Shown: positions 35,315-45,395, numbered from the stretch's first letter. The stretch is 64,000 nt of DNA from Bdellovibrionales bacterium (GCA_045106175.1 JBGCEF010000033.1:5319-69318), one strand, 5' to 3'. Translations and numbers: made by a program. The notes: generated by a model from the sequence alone, not told the origin.

Positions 35315-37191
35315 TGTTTTGTTTGCGGGCTCTCGGGTTCTGAGGGTTGGTGATATGGGAGTTTGATTTGTACAGTTGTACCGACATCAATCGTTGATTT
35401 AATCGTAAGTTCACCGTTATGAAGCTCAATGAGCTCTTTTGTGATTGCTAGGCCGAGGCCAGAACCTTCGTGGTCGCGTGCATATGATGAAGAGACTTGT
35501 TCAAAGGGGTTTGTAATAGTTGCGAGTTTATTAGCGGGAATTCCGATACCGTTATCGATTATTTCTAAAATAATTTCGTTTTCGCCGTTTTTACAGTCGA
35601 TATTGATTTCACCATTTTCTTTTGAGAATTTTACTGCGTTGGAGAGTAGATTTAGCATAACCTGAAGGATACAGCGACGGTCAGCTACAATTTTCAAATC
35701 TGTTTCTGGTGTTAAGTTGTGAGAGAGTTTGACATCCGCATCAAGGGCTCTGTTTTCTATCATATGCAAGGAGACTTGAATGACTTTTGCGACATTCAGC
35801 TCTTCGAGCATGAGGTCATATTTTCCAGCTTCGATTTTTGACATGTCTAGGATGTCGCTAATGAGATCGAGCAGATGTTCGCCGCTTTCACGGATGCCGC
35901 CAATATAATCGACATATTTTTCATTGCCCAAAGGGCCTAGAAGCTGACGTTCCATCATTTCTGAGAAGCCGATGATGGCGTTTAGTGGTGTGCGTAATTC
36001 GTGAGACATGTTGGCTAGAAATTGCGTTTTTGCTGCGTAAGCTCGTTCTGCGCTGTCCTTTGCAGTTTTTAGCTCGTGCTCATATAGCATGCGTTCGGTC
36101 ATATCTTGCATAATGCCAAAGAGGGCTATTACTTCACCGTCGTCATTGGTTGAGCAACGACCTTCACTGCGGATGAAGCGTTCTTCACCGTCTGGTCTTA
36201 AGATTGTGAATTCAACATCGTAGTCATTTTCTTCGATGACTGCGCGGTGTAAAGCTTGGTTAAGGCGGTCAACGTCGTCTTCATGGATCATAGCGTTCAT
36301 GTTATCGAGTGTTGTGGTGAATGCATTTTGATCAACGCCGAAAATTCGATAGATCTCTTGTGACCATTCGATTGAATCTTCGCCTAGAACCCAACGCCAG
36401 TGACCCATGCGTCCGATTGCTTCGGCTTGTGATAGTTGTTTTTGACCGTGTTTGAGGGCGGTTTGTTGTGCTTTAATCGCTGTGACATCACGTCCAGCAT
36501 AGTATGTTAAGCCTTTAAAATTCTGTTTACGCCATTCTACCCAGATGCTTGCTTGTTCTTTAGTTATGATCCTGGCTTCGAAATCATAAGCGTTATTTGG
36601 AGTAGGCACGCTTGATGATAATTTATTTTTATCGTCTTCATCAAAAAGTGTATCAAATGATATGTCGTCTAATTCATCTGCTGAGTAGCCGATTTTTTCA
36701 GCAAAACGGGCATTGGCTTTTAGGATTTTATCTTGGTGATCGACGACGACCATCATCTCACGTGAGAGATTTAAAAAGACATCGATATCTTCGTATGTAT
36801 TTTTTGTGCTGTTTTGCGACGGTGGGGTGTTTTCGTTTGCCTCATTTGTGTAAGAAGCGATGAGATAGCGCCTTGAGTCTTCTAGATGAATCCAGTCGAA
36901 ATGAAAGTCTTGGCTGTTTTGATTGCCGTTGACTGTAACGTTATGCATTCCCGGTTCAATGTCTTCGGGCGTTTGTACGGCGTTTGTGAAACTTAGTAGT
37001 GTGTTGAATTTATGATTGGCAATTGTTTCTGATGTCAGGTGAGCCAAATCCATGAAGGCGGCAGTAGCGAAGACAATTACGCCATTTTGATCAATGACAA
37101 TGCGTGCATCTTCTTCTTTTGCAAAATCTGCAAAAGGCAGGGGTGTTGTTTCGTCTTTTTTTCGGCGCAGTGAAAACATATGCGGTTGCAA
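35311..37191 (-). CDS. PAS-domain sensor histidine kinase (no receiver domain)
   Basis: HisKA H-box NMSHELRTPLNAIIGFSEMM, N-box LLSNAVKFS, and G-boxes DNGIGIP / GSGLGLAI. PAS-like repeats lie upstream. Confidence 0.92.
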   Translation of the reverse strand: MQPHMFSLRRKKDETTPLPFADFAKEEDARIVIDQNGVIVFATAAFMDLAHLTSETIANHKFNTLLSFTNAVQTPEDIEPGMHNVTVNGNQNSQDFHFDWIHLEDSRRYLIASYTNEANENTPPSQNSTKNTYEDIDVFLNLSREMMVVVDHQDKILKANARFAEKIGYSADELDDISFDTLFDEDDKNKLSSSVPTPNNAYDFEARIITKEQASIWVEWRKQNFKGLTYYAGRDVTAIKAQQTALKHGQKQLSQAEAIGRMGHWRWVLGEDSIEWSQEIYRIFGVDQNAFTTTLDNMNAMIHEDDVDRLNQALHRAVIEENDYDVEFTILRPDGEERFIRSEGRCSTNDDGEVIALFGIMQDMTERMLYEHELKTAKDSAERAYAAKTQFLANMSHELRTPLNAIIGFSEMMERQLLGPLGNEKYVDYIGGIRESGEHLLDLISDILDMSKIEAGKYDLMLEELNVAKVIQVSLHMIENRALDADVKLSHNLTPETDLKIVADRRCILQVMLNLLSNAVKFSKENGEINIDCKNGENEIILEIIDNGIGIPANKLATITNPFEQVSSSYARDHEGSGLGLAITKELIELHNGELTIKSTIDVGTTVQIKLPYHQPSEPESPQTKH

Positions 37192-37280
37192 TGCGGTTAT
37201 GAATGATTTGGTTTAATGAATATAAACCGACTTTTATTAGCATAAGTCGAAACTATTGTGTGATACAAGCGTTTTGGTAT

Positions 37281-37317
37281 AAAAAACGCCCCAATATTGA
37301 AGCTATTGAGGCGTTTT
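37281..37317 (-). terminator. Rho-independent terminator after the redoxin gene
   Basis: AAAACGCC-C-CAATA...TATTG-A-GGCGTTTT extended hairpin, followed on the minus strand by a T-run. Confidence 0.65.
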
Positions 37318-37342
37318 GATGATTATTTAAGAATTTTATTGC

Positions 37343-37978
37343 TTAGCGTGCGTATTTAACGGAGCAACCATATGGTTTTGTTTGCGCTGTTGTTACTTCT
37401 TTTCCAGCTACCAATTCATCAACAGCGGCTAGGATATAATTATCGGCGCCTTCAACTGTTTTTGGGCTTGGGCTTGAGTTACTGTCGATTGCACCTGCAT
37501 AGGCGATGTTGCCGTCTGCGTTGATCACAAACATATGCGGTGTTGTTTTCGCATCATATAATTTGCCGATTTCACCGGATGGGTCGAGGATCTTTGCGCT
37601 GACAGTTGCGCCTTGGTCTTCTAACACTTTTGCAGCTTCTTCAGCTGAGAAATGTCCTTGGCGGCCTTCACCGGATGAGTTGATGCTCACCCATTTTACG
37701 CCTTTTCCAATTGTCTCTTCTTGGACTTTTTGCATGTTGCCTGTGTCGTAGTGTTTCACGACAAATGGGCATTCTGCGTTTGTCCATTCCAATACAACGA
37801 TGTCACCTTTGTGGTCGCTGAGTTTGAAAGGATTTCCGTTAATGTCGGTTGTTTCAAAATCAGGCGCTGCTTTGCCCACTTCAGGGGCGGCGGCGTTGAC
37901 GCTTGATGGTGATATTGCCGGTGCGATTGCGAATGCAAGTGCAAAGACAGCTATTGAGGTTGTAAATAATTGACGCAT
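37343..37978 (-). CDS. Periplasmic thioredoxin-fold redoxin / peroxiredoxin-like protein
   Basis: Signal peptide, then WTNAECPFVVKHY (single active-site Cys context) and C-terminal KPYGCSVKY, as in AhpC/TSA-redoxin family envelope proteins. Confidence 0.7.
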   Translation of the reverse strand: MRQLFTTSIAVFALAFAIAPAISPSSVNAAAPEVGKAAPDFETTDINGNPFKLSDHKGDIVVLEWTNAECPFVVKHYDTGNMQKVQEETIGKGVKWVSINSSGEGRQGHFSAEEAAKVLEDQGATVSAKILDPSGEIGKLYDAKTTPHMFVINADGNIAYAGAIDSNSSPSPKTVEGADNYILAAVDELVAGKEVTTAQTKPYGCSVKYAR

Positions 37979-37993
37979 TGTATGTCTCCTTTT

Positions 37994-40144
37994 CTATTTA
38001 AATAAGTTTGTAATGCTATTGGGGGTTAAAATTTGCGGTAAAATTTGGGCTTCTGGTCTTTGTCCTGTTTGGTTGTCTTTTTCTCCATAAAATACATAGA
38101 TCGGAACGCCATTTCGTCCATACTTATTGAGATATTGCGTAATCTTAGGATCTTGGTTTGTCCAATCTCCAACTAAGTATCTTACGTTATTATTTGCGAA
38201 AACCTTCTTTGTTGAATCAATATTAATGGCGACTTTGTTGTTTACTTTACAAGTGATGCACCATGCGGCGGTCATTTCAACAAATACTGGGTCATTCGTT
38301 TGATTTAACAGGCTGTCTATCTTTTCGAGGCTGAATGTTTCGCCGAAGGTTGCTTTTTCGCTTTTAGTTTCATTTGTTTGTGTCACTAGCTGGTTTGTTT
38401 TTAGATTTGTTGGAATCCATGCTGCGATGATTAGAGTCATTAGTGCTATGAGCTTTAACACCATCTTTCCAGATGATTTTTTAAGTAGCCAAATGCCGAA
38501 GGTAATTGCGCTCATCCCGATCAGGATTTGCAGTACGCCATCAGAGCCGGATTGTTTTGCGACAACCCATGTTAACCAAACAGCAGATAAGAAAATCGGG
38601 AAGGCCAGTAATTCTTTGAATGTGTTCATCCATGCTCCGGGCTTTGGCATCATTTTTTGGAGTGCAGGGGCAAAAGATAGCGCTAAATACGGTAGAGCGA
38701 GGCCGAGGCCGAGGGCCGCGAAAACGGAGAGGTTTACGAATGCGCCTTGTGTTAGAGCAAACCCGATTGCCGCCGCCATGAAAGGTGCTGTGCATGGCGT
38801 TGCGACAAGTGTTGCGAGTATTCCGGTAAAAAATGAGCTGTTTAAGCCGTTTCCTTGGGTGAGTTTATTGCCGATATTGCCAAGGTTGCCTCCGAATTCG
38901 AAGAAGCCCATCAGATTTAGGCCTACGATGAATAATAGATAGGCCAGAGCGCCTACGACGATTGGGTTTTGTAATTGGAAGCCCCAACCGATTTGCGCAC
39001 CTGCTGATTTTAAAACAAGGAGGATCCCTGCAATGGTAAGAAAGCTTAAGACAACACCAAGCGTGTAGGCAATGCCGTGCATGCGCGCCAAAGCTGGGCT
39101 TTCATCAGATATTTTAATCAGACTGAGCGCTTTAATAGACAGTACAGGGAAAACACATGGCATAAGATTTAAGACTATTCCGCCCAAAAGTGCGTAGATG
39201 ATGGCTTGGAATACGGTAATCCCGCTTTGTGCTTCCTTTATATTTTCTGACGAAGTTGCTGTTTCTGTTGATGCTTTTTTGCTGTTTGTATCGTTTGGGG
39301 CTGTGGGGGCTGTGCTTGTTTTATTTGCGCTTACTAAAAAGCTGTTTGTGAGGTTTTGCTTGTTTTTAAATGTGACGAGAAAGTCAGCCTTTTTAAGGTC
39401 ATTGATGTTTCTTTCGCCGAAGTTTTGTGAAAATTCGATTTTTGAATTATTGAGCGCAATGGATTGTTCGGCGGCATTTTCGATTAATCCCCATTCTAGT
39501 GGGAAAAATGATAATGTTTCAGGCTGAATGTCTGTAATGAGTGTATTTGGTGCGTCGATTTCAAGTTTGAAAGCTGCATCTTGTTTTTGAAAGTTTGAGG
39601 ACCAATCGACAACAATAGGCAGCTTAGCAATGGCAGCTTCGAAATAGGCCGTGTTATTTTCATTTTCGCTTTGCTCGCCATTTAGTGTGAGTATGTATGT
39701 GCCATATTCTGGGATGCATTCTTCTTTGCAGACCAAGAGTTCTATATCGGCGCTTAGTGTTATTGGGCCTTCAGGAAGCGTGTTAGGCAGTTTTAATTTT
39801 TGAAGTAAGACAACGTTATCTTCGTAGCCAAAGTTCATAAGAGGGCCGAAGGGAAGGCGTTTTGGAGTAGGCCAGTGAATATCGGAAATTGTGGCACCAT
39901 AGGGCAGTGTCCAATTAGAAGCAGTTATAGTGCCTGAATCTCCGGGGTTTTTCCAATAGGTGTGCCAGTGCGGGGTGATGGCTTGTTCCATGCCTATCCA
40001 GATTTCTTCGCCTGCATTCACGTTTCCGCGTTCTGCCATTAATCTGATTTGCACAAGATTTTCGCCCTTATCCTGGGCTATTGCAGACATCGTGCTTGCG
40101 ATGATTGTTAAGATAACAATTATCGGTAATAGTAACTTGTGCAT
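37994..40144 (-). CDS. Membrane thiol:disulfide electron transporter, ScsB/DsbD-like
   Basis: 716 aa. A long N-terminal periplasmic domain carries LLVCKEECIPE. A central CcdA/DsbD TM core follows (LNLMPCVFPVL, ATPCTAPFM). The C-terminal thioredoxin domain carries AAWCITCK. Confidence 0.85.
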   Translation of the reverse strand: MHKLLLPIIVILTIIASTMSAIAQDKGENLVQIRLMAERGNVNAGEEIWIGMEQAITPHWHTYWKNPGDSGTITASNWTLPYGATISDIHWPTPKRLPFGPLMNFGYEDNVVLLQKLKLPNTLPEGPITLSADIELLVCKEECIPEYGTYILTLNGEQSENENNTAYFEAAIAKLPIVVDWSSNFQKQDAAFKLEIDAPNTLITDIQPETLSFFPLEWGLIENAAEQSIALNNSKIEFSQNFGERNINDLKKADFLVTFKNKQNLTNSFLVSANKTSTAPTAPNDTNSKKASTETATSSENIKEAQSGITVFQAIIYALLGGIVLNLMPCVFPVLSIKALSLIKISDESPALARMHGIAYTLGVVLSFLTIAGILLVLKSAGAQIGWGFQLQNPIVVGALAYLLFIVGLNLMGFFEFGGNLGNIGNKLTQGNGLNSSFFTGILATLVATPCTAPFMAAAIGFALTQGAFVNLSVFAALGLGLALPYLALSFAPALQKMMPKPGAWMNTFKELLAFPIFLSAVWLTWVVAKQSGSDGVLQILIGMSAITFGIWLLKKSSGKMVLKLIALMTLIIAAWIPTNLKTNQLVTQTNETKSEKATFGETFSLEKIDSLLNQTNDPVFVEMTAAWCITCKVNNKVAINIDSTKKVFANNNVRYLVGDWTNQDPKITQYLNKYGRNGVPIYVFYGEKDNQTGQRPEAQILPQILTPNSITNLFK

Positions 40145-40241
40145 GCTTGGAACCTTTTTTATTATAATATGCGTATTATTTTTACACGATTTAAGTTTGT
40201 TACAATATAATTCGTTGCAATCAACATAAAGGTTACAGCAT

Positions 40242-42200
40242 ATGAATCAACCAATATGGACACCATCTCAAGAGCGTGTTGAAGAGTCCCAATTAAAGGC
40301 CTTTATGGATGTTGTTGAAACACGTACAGGCAAAAGTTTTTCTGATTATAAAAGCTTTTGGCAATGGTCGGTTGATCATATTTCTGATTTTTGGGATTTG
40401 CTCTGGGATGAGATGGGTGTTGTGGGCGATAAGGGCGCACGCGTTTTGATTGACCAAGATAAGATGCCTGGTGCGCGATTTTTCCCTGATGCGACATTGA
40501 ATTATGCGGAAAATATGCTTCAGAAACGCGATAACGATGTTGCTATTATTTTTAGGCCTGAGGATGGTCAAGATTCACAAATCTCTTACAAACAGCTTTA
40601 TGAGTGGGTTTCGCGTTGGCGCCAAGCCTTAGAGGCCGAAGGTGTTGGTGAGGGAGATCGTGTTGCGGGATATCTTCCGAATATGCCTGAAACTATTATT
40701 GTTATGCTTGCGACGGCGTCGTTGGGTGCGATTTGGTCAAGTGCGTCGCCGGATTTTGGAACGCAAGGTGTGATAGATCGTTTTGGGCAAATTGAGCCGA
40801 AAGTTTTGGTGAGCGTTGATGGGTATCGATACAACGGTAAGGATATTGATTGTCTGGAGAAGATCGCAGAGATACAGCCCGTTTTAAAAGGTTTGGTAAA
40901 GACTGTGGTTATACCGTTTTTATCAGATGATGCGGATATTGATTTATCATCGATTGATGGAGCGGTGTCTTGGTATGATTTTTTGCTTGAATTTAAGCCT
41001 AAGCCTATAGAATTTGCACAAGTTTCTTTTGATTATCCGTTATTTATTATGTTCTCGTCAGGGACGACAGGTGCACCAAAATGTATTGTTCATGGTCATG
41101 GTGGCGTTTTGCTTCAACATCTTAAGGAGCATCGATTGCAGAGTGATGTTCGTGATGGAGATCGCGTGTTTTATTTTACGACATGCGGCTGGATGATGTG
41201 GAATTGGCTAGTGAGTGGTTTGGGCAGCGGGGCCGCACTTATGCTTTATGATGGATCGCCTTTTTATCCTGATGGCAATGTGCTTTGGGATTATGCGGAT
41301 GATAATAAATGTACGTTTTTTGGTGCATCGGCGAAATATATTGATGCTTTGAAACAGGCTGGCTTGGCGCCGCGTGAAAGCCATGATTTATCAGATCTTC
41401 GCACGATAGCATCAACGGGATCGCCGTTGGTTCATGAGAGTTTTGATTACGTTTATGCGGATATTAAACAAGACGTACATCTCGCCAGTATTTCTGGTGG
41501 GACGGATATTGTGTCTTGTTTTATGTTGGGAAACCCAATTTCACCTGTTTTTCGTGGGGAGTTGCAATGCGCTGGTCTTGGAATGGATGTGCATATTTGT
41601 GATGGTTTGGGTGAGGATATATGCCAAGAAGCTGGTGAATTAACATGTAAAAAACCATTTCCTTGTATGCCTGTAAAGTTTTGGAATGATGATAGTGGGG
41701 CGCGTTATCAATCTGCTTATTTTGATATGTTTGAGAATATATGGGCGCATGGTGATTGGGTCGAAGAGACAGATAATCAGGGTTTTATTATCCATGGGCG
41801 TAGTGATGCGACCCTTAATCCTGGTGGCGTTCGCATTGGCACAGCTGAGATTTACAGGCAGGTAGAACAGTTGGATGGCATTCAAGAATCTATAGCTGTT
41901 GGTCAAGATTTTAATGGAGATGTACGTGTCATATTATTTGTTGTTCTGAAAGATGGTTGGGCCTTAGATGACAATTTTGTTAAGGAAATTAAAGTTGCTA
42001 TTCGTCGGGGAGCTACGCCGAGGCACGTGCCAGCAAAGATTATTGCAGTTGATGATATTCCAAGGACTAAGAGCGGTAAAATCACGGAAATTGCGGTACG
42101 CGATGTGATTATGGGACGACCGATTAAAAATGTTGAAGCCCTTGCGAATCCAGAAGCTTTGAAGCTTTATGAAGGGCTTGAAGTATTAGAGGTTGCATAA
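40242..42200 (+). CDS. Acetoacetate--CoA ligase (acetoacetyl-CoA synthetase)
   Basis: 652 aa. N-terminal PIWTPSQERVEESQLKAFM, AMP-binding motif FSSGTTGAPKCIVH, and C-terminal PRTKSGKITE. Confidence 0.9.
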   Translation: MNQPIWTPSQERVEESQLKAFMDVVETRTGKSFSDYKSFWQWSVDHISDFWDLLWDEMGVVGDKGARVLIDQDKMPGARFFPDATLNYAENMLQKRDNDVAIIFRPEDGQDSQISYKQLYEWVSRWRQALEAEGVGEGDRVAGYLPNMPETIIVMLATASLGAIWSSASPDFGTQGVIDRFGQIEPKVLVSVDGYRYNGKDIDCLEKIAEIQPVLKGLVKTVVIPFLSDDADIDLSSIDGAVSWYDFLLEFKPKPIEFAQVSFDYPLFIMFSSGTTGAPKCIVHGHGGVLLQHLKEHRLQSDVRDGDRVFYFTTCGWMMWNWLVSGLGSGAALMLYDGSPFYPDGNVLWDYADDNKCTFFGASAKYIDALKQAGLAPRESHDLSDLRTIASTGSPLVHESFDYVYADIKQDVHLASISGGTDIVSCFMLGNPISPVFRGELQCAGLGMDVHICDGLGEDICQEAGELTCKKPFPCMPVKFWNDDSGARYQSAYFDMFENIWAHGDWVEETDNQGFIIHGRSDATLNPGGVRIGTAEIYRQVEQLDGIQESIAVGQDFNGDVRVILFVVLKDGWALDDNFVKEIKVAIRRGATPRHVPAKIIAVDDIPRTKSGKITEIAVRDVIMGRPIKNVEALANPEALKLYEGLEVLEVA

Positions 42201-42423
42201 AAGACTTGCGCTGCAGCATAAAAAATGGTTTTTTATAGTTATGAATAGGCGAATTTCAGCGTTAACTTTGTATACAGCGGCCGCGGCAAACGCGGCGGCT
42301 TAGCCCGCTATTATCTTTGACATAGTACGAATGCGTACGCCCTAAAAAATTTCCAAGAATTTAACATTGAGACGGTAGATATGATCTGCCGATTAACGAT
42401 ATTGACGTGAAAAGAGAATTATT

Positions 42424-43638
42424 ATGAATGCGATTAGACCAGAAGATCAGGATATGCAGGAAAGTACAGGACAAACAAAGTTTCGTCCCGTTCTTCATGC
42501 GTTAACAGCGAACCCGGGTGTTGAGTTGATGACTTATGCATCTGGACGACAGGATATGATCACAATGGGTCAAGGTGAGGGTGATGTACCTACGCCTGAT
42601 TTTATTGTTGATGCTGTGACGCAGGCCTTAAAGGATGGTAAGACATTTTATGGCCCTACACTTGGTTTATCGGGGTTGCGTGAGACAATTTCTAATTATT
42701 ATGACCGTATTTATAATTTAGATGTCATTTCAGATCGTATTTTTGTTACCCAGAGCGGATCGACCGCGATGCATCTTTCGCTCGCGGCCCTTCTTGATAA
42801 GGGTGATAACGTTGTTGCGGTCACGCCGATTTGGAAGAATTTATTGGGTGCGGTTGAGTTGACACAGGCCTCGACGACGCAAGTTGCGCTTGATTATACT
42901 GATGAGGATGGTTGGCAACTTGATTTAGATAAATTATTTGGTGCGGTAACACCTTACACGAAGGTGATGTTGATTGTGTCGCCGTCAAACCCGACGGGAT
43001 GGACAGCTACCCGAAAAGAAATGCGCGCGATTTTAGATTTTGCCCGTGAGCGCGGTATTTGGGTTCTTGCGGATGAGGTGTATGCACGTCTTGTTTATAA
43101 TTCCAAGCATGAGCATGCACGTTCGGATAGTTTTTTGGATGTTGCACAAGATGATGATTTGCTTTTGGTGGTTAATAGTTTTTCAAAAAGCTGGGCGATG
43201 ACGGGATGGCGAATTGGTTGGATTGTTGGACCAAAGGAAGCGGAAGCCAAGATTAAGGATGTTGCTCTTTATAATAATTTATGTCCACAAACACCGATGC
43301 AATATGGCGCGATCGCTGCGTTGGATCAGGGTGAGGACTTCCTTAAAAGCCAAGTAGCAATGTATCAGTCGAACCGTGATTTGATGATGGAGCGTTTTGC
43401 GAATATGAGTAATCGTGTGCATCTTGCCAAGCCAGAGGCCACATTTTATGGTTTCTTTAAAGTTGATGGTGAAGATGATTGTATTGCGTTATGTAAGCGA
43501 TTTGTTGATGAAGCGCAGCTTTTGTTATCACCGGGTAGTGCGTTTGGTAAGACGTGTAAGGGATATGTACGTATGTGCTTTGCGGTCTCGGAAGACAGGT
43601 TAAACGAAGCGTTTGACAGAATGGAAAAAGTTATATAG
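42424..43638 (+). CDS. Pyridoxal-phosphate-dependent aminotransferase, class I/II
   Basis: 404 aa. The blocks SPSNPTGW, LADEVYARLVY and NSFSKSWAMTGWRIGW (PLP lysine context) fit the aspartate/aromatic aminotransferase fold. Confidence 0.88.
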   Translation: MNAIRPEDQDMQESTGQTKFRPVLHALTANPGVELMTYASGRQDMITMGQGEGDVPTPDFIVDAVTQALKDGKTFYGPTLGLSGLRETISNYYDRIYNLDVISDRIFVTQSGSTAMHLSLAALLDKGDNVVAVTPIWKNLLGAVELTQASTTQVALDYTDEDGWQLDLDKLFGAVTPYTKVMLIVSPSNPTGWTATRKEMRAILDFARERGIWVLADEVYARLVYNSKHEHARSDSFLDVAQDDDLLLVVNSFSKSWAMTGWRIGWIVGPKEAEAKIKDVALYNNLCPQTPMQYGAIAALDQGEDFLKSQVAMYQSNRDLMMERFANMSNRVHLAKPEATFYGFFKVDGEDDCIALCKRFVDEAQLLLSPGSAFGKTCKGYVRMCFAVSEDRLNEAFDRMEKVI

Positions 43639-43672
43639 TTTACATAATTTATCTTTAAGGTTTGAATATTTT

Positions 43673-44065
43673 ATGAGCGGTATGTATGAGCGTCGGGATG
43701 GAGATATTATTTATGGTGCTCCTCCTACGCAGTTATTTAATGAACAACAAACACAATCACCTCGATTGGTTCTTTCCGGTGTTTACAAAGCTGAGGCTCG
43801 TGACCCCGCTGTTGATTATTGCGCTGTAGGCAGATTTCCTGATGGTCGGTTTGTATGTATTCCCGAACGTTATTTGAGGGCTGCTCTTCCTGAGGCTGCT
43901 ATGGGTGGTCTTATTAGTGTGAAACAGCATCCAAAAATTGGAGGAAAGCCAGAGCAACAGGTTATTAACCTTGATTTAGCACGTATTAAAACTGTTTTAG
44001 AATTTATTGGTACGAAAGCGCCACATGACAGGCCGTTTGGTCCTCGTCCCGGGGGAATGGATTAG
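43673..44065 (+). CDS. Hypothetical protein
   Basis: About 130-aa ORF. The ATG at 43673 is preferred over the track's TTG at 43613, which overlaps the aminotransferase. Its stop abuts the next start (TAGATG). No family recognised. Confidence 0.5.
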   Translation: MSGMYERRDGDIIYGAPPTQLFNEQQTQSPRLVLSGVYKAEARDPAVDYCAVGRFPDGRFVCIPERYLRAALPEAAMGGLISVKQHPKIGGKPEQQVINLDLARIKTVLEFIGTKAPHDRPFGPRPGGMD

Positions 44066-44620
44066 ATGACTATGCGTGGATATTTTGGTATTGGGGTTGA
44101 AGGGGTTTCGAAAGAACAGAATGTTGGCACGATTGCGCGCTCAGCACATTCTTTTGGAGCTTCGTTTTTCTTTACGATTGATCCAGAAGTGGATGTTCAT
44201 AAATTTCGTTCATCGGATACTTCTGATGCGTTTGATCATTTGCCGTATCACCAATATGACAGTGTTGATACGTTTGTTTTGCCAGAGAAATGCGCTCTTG
44301 TTGCGGTTGAGTTGGTTGAAGATTCCATTGAATTACCCAGTTTTCGCCATCCTATCCGTGCGGCTTATGTTTTGGGGCCTGAGATGGGGAATGTTTCACC
44401 GGAATTACTTGAGAAATGCGATCATGTTATAAAAATTCCGATGAAGTTTTGCGTAAATGTTGGAGTTGCTGGGGCTTTGGTTATGTATGACCGTGTTTTG
44501 AGTATGGGGAAATTTGCGCCGCGTCCAGTAAGAGCAGGCGGTCCAACAGAGAGCCTTCCTCCGCCGCAAACATCTTTGAGGCGAAAAGTGCGCAATCCTA
44601 AAAAATACGTGAAGAGCTAA
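44066..44620 (+). CDS. SpoU/TrmH-family RNA 2'-O-methyltransferase
   Basis: NVGTIARSAHSFGA near the N-terminus and the C-terminal knot region YVLGPEMGNVS...IKIPM....NVGVAGALVMY, typical of the SPOUT SpoU class. Confidence 0.75.
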   Translation: MTMRGYFGIGVEGVSKEQNVGTIARSAHSFGASFFFTIDPEVDVHKFRSSDTSDAFDHLPYHQYDSVDTFVLPEKCALVAVELVEDSIELPSFRHPIRAAYVLGPEMGNVSPELLEKCDHVIKIPMKFCVNVGVAGALVMYDRVLSMGKFAPRPVRAGGPTESLPPPQTSLRRKVRNPKKYVKS

Positions 44621-44772
44621 TTTTGTTTGGTTTTTGGATATTGTTGACGGCGCTTGCACGTTACCTCCACGTTACTTCCACAGGGCATTTTTTATTGGTT
44701 TCTATTCTCCTTGCAAATTTTGATCAGTTCCTATAAAAAATGCTTTATTCAACGACTACAAAGGATTTAGTT

Positions 44773-45291
44773 ATGAGCAGATACGTGCGTTATTTGGGGC
44801 TATGCTGTTTGGCTTTAGGCTTCATTGTTGCCGGCCAATCTTATGCGCAAAATGGTGAGCCGAGGTTACTATCTAAATATGGTGACTGGTCCGCTTATAT
44901 GTTCATCGAGAATGGCAGTAAGGTCTGCTACATGATTAGTCAGCCAAAAACAGCGCAAGGCAATTATTCTAAGCGTGGCAAGATATATGCATTGGTTACG
45001 AATCGTCCAGCGGAAGGGACGCGTGATGTCTTTAGCTACATCACTGGTTATGGTTATAAAGCAGGTAGTGATGCGACTTTGGAGATTGATGGAACGACAT
45101 ATACTCTCTTTACCCAAGATGAGACCGCATGGGCGCCTGATGCGGCAACTGATAAGCAGATTGCCCGTGCGATCCGTGATGGGTCACGTATGGTGGTTAA
45201 GGGTGTTTCATCACGCGGTACAAAAACAACAGATACATTTAGTTTAAAAGGAAGTAGCAAAGCGTATAAGCGTATGAGCGATGAGTGTTAA
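44773..45291 (+). CDS. Invasion-associated locus B (IalB) family protein
   Basis: Signal peptide, YGDWSAY...CYM and two-lobed repeats ending SLKGSSKAYKRMSDEC. The ATG at 44773 with an AAAGGA RBS is preferred over 44740. Confidence 0.8.
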   Translation: MSRYVRYLGLCCLALGFIVAGQSYAQNGEPRLLSKYGDWSAYMFIENGSKVCYMISQPKTAQGNYSKRGKIYALVTNRPAEGTRDVFSYITGYGYKAGSDATLEIDGTTYTLFTQDETAWAPDAATDKQIARAIRDGSRMVVKGVSSRGTKTTDTFSLKGSSKAYKRMSDEC

Positions 45292-45395
45292 ATTCGCTAA
45301 ATTATCCCTAGATTTATGGGGGGTGAGACATTGCTCTTACTTCCCTTTGTTTTTTTGCGATGATAGCTTTGTATTTGAAATAACGATCAATAAAG

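Noticed and set aside
35311-37191. Orphan histidine kinase without an adjacent response regulator, considered as a notable finding.
   Set aside because: Orphan PAS-HisKA kinases are common in alphaproteobacterial genomes, and nothing in the sequence marks this one as unusual.
42201-42423. Possible tRNA or other structured RNA gene in the longest intergenic region.
   Set aside because: I could find no cloverleaf and no GGTTCGAAT-like T-arm. It is retained only as an unexplained hairpin-rich spacer in the findings.
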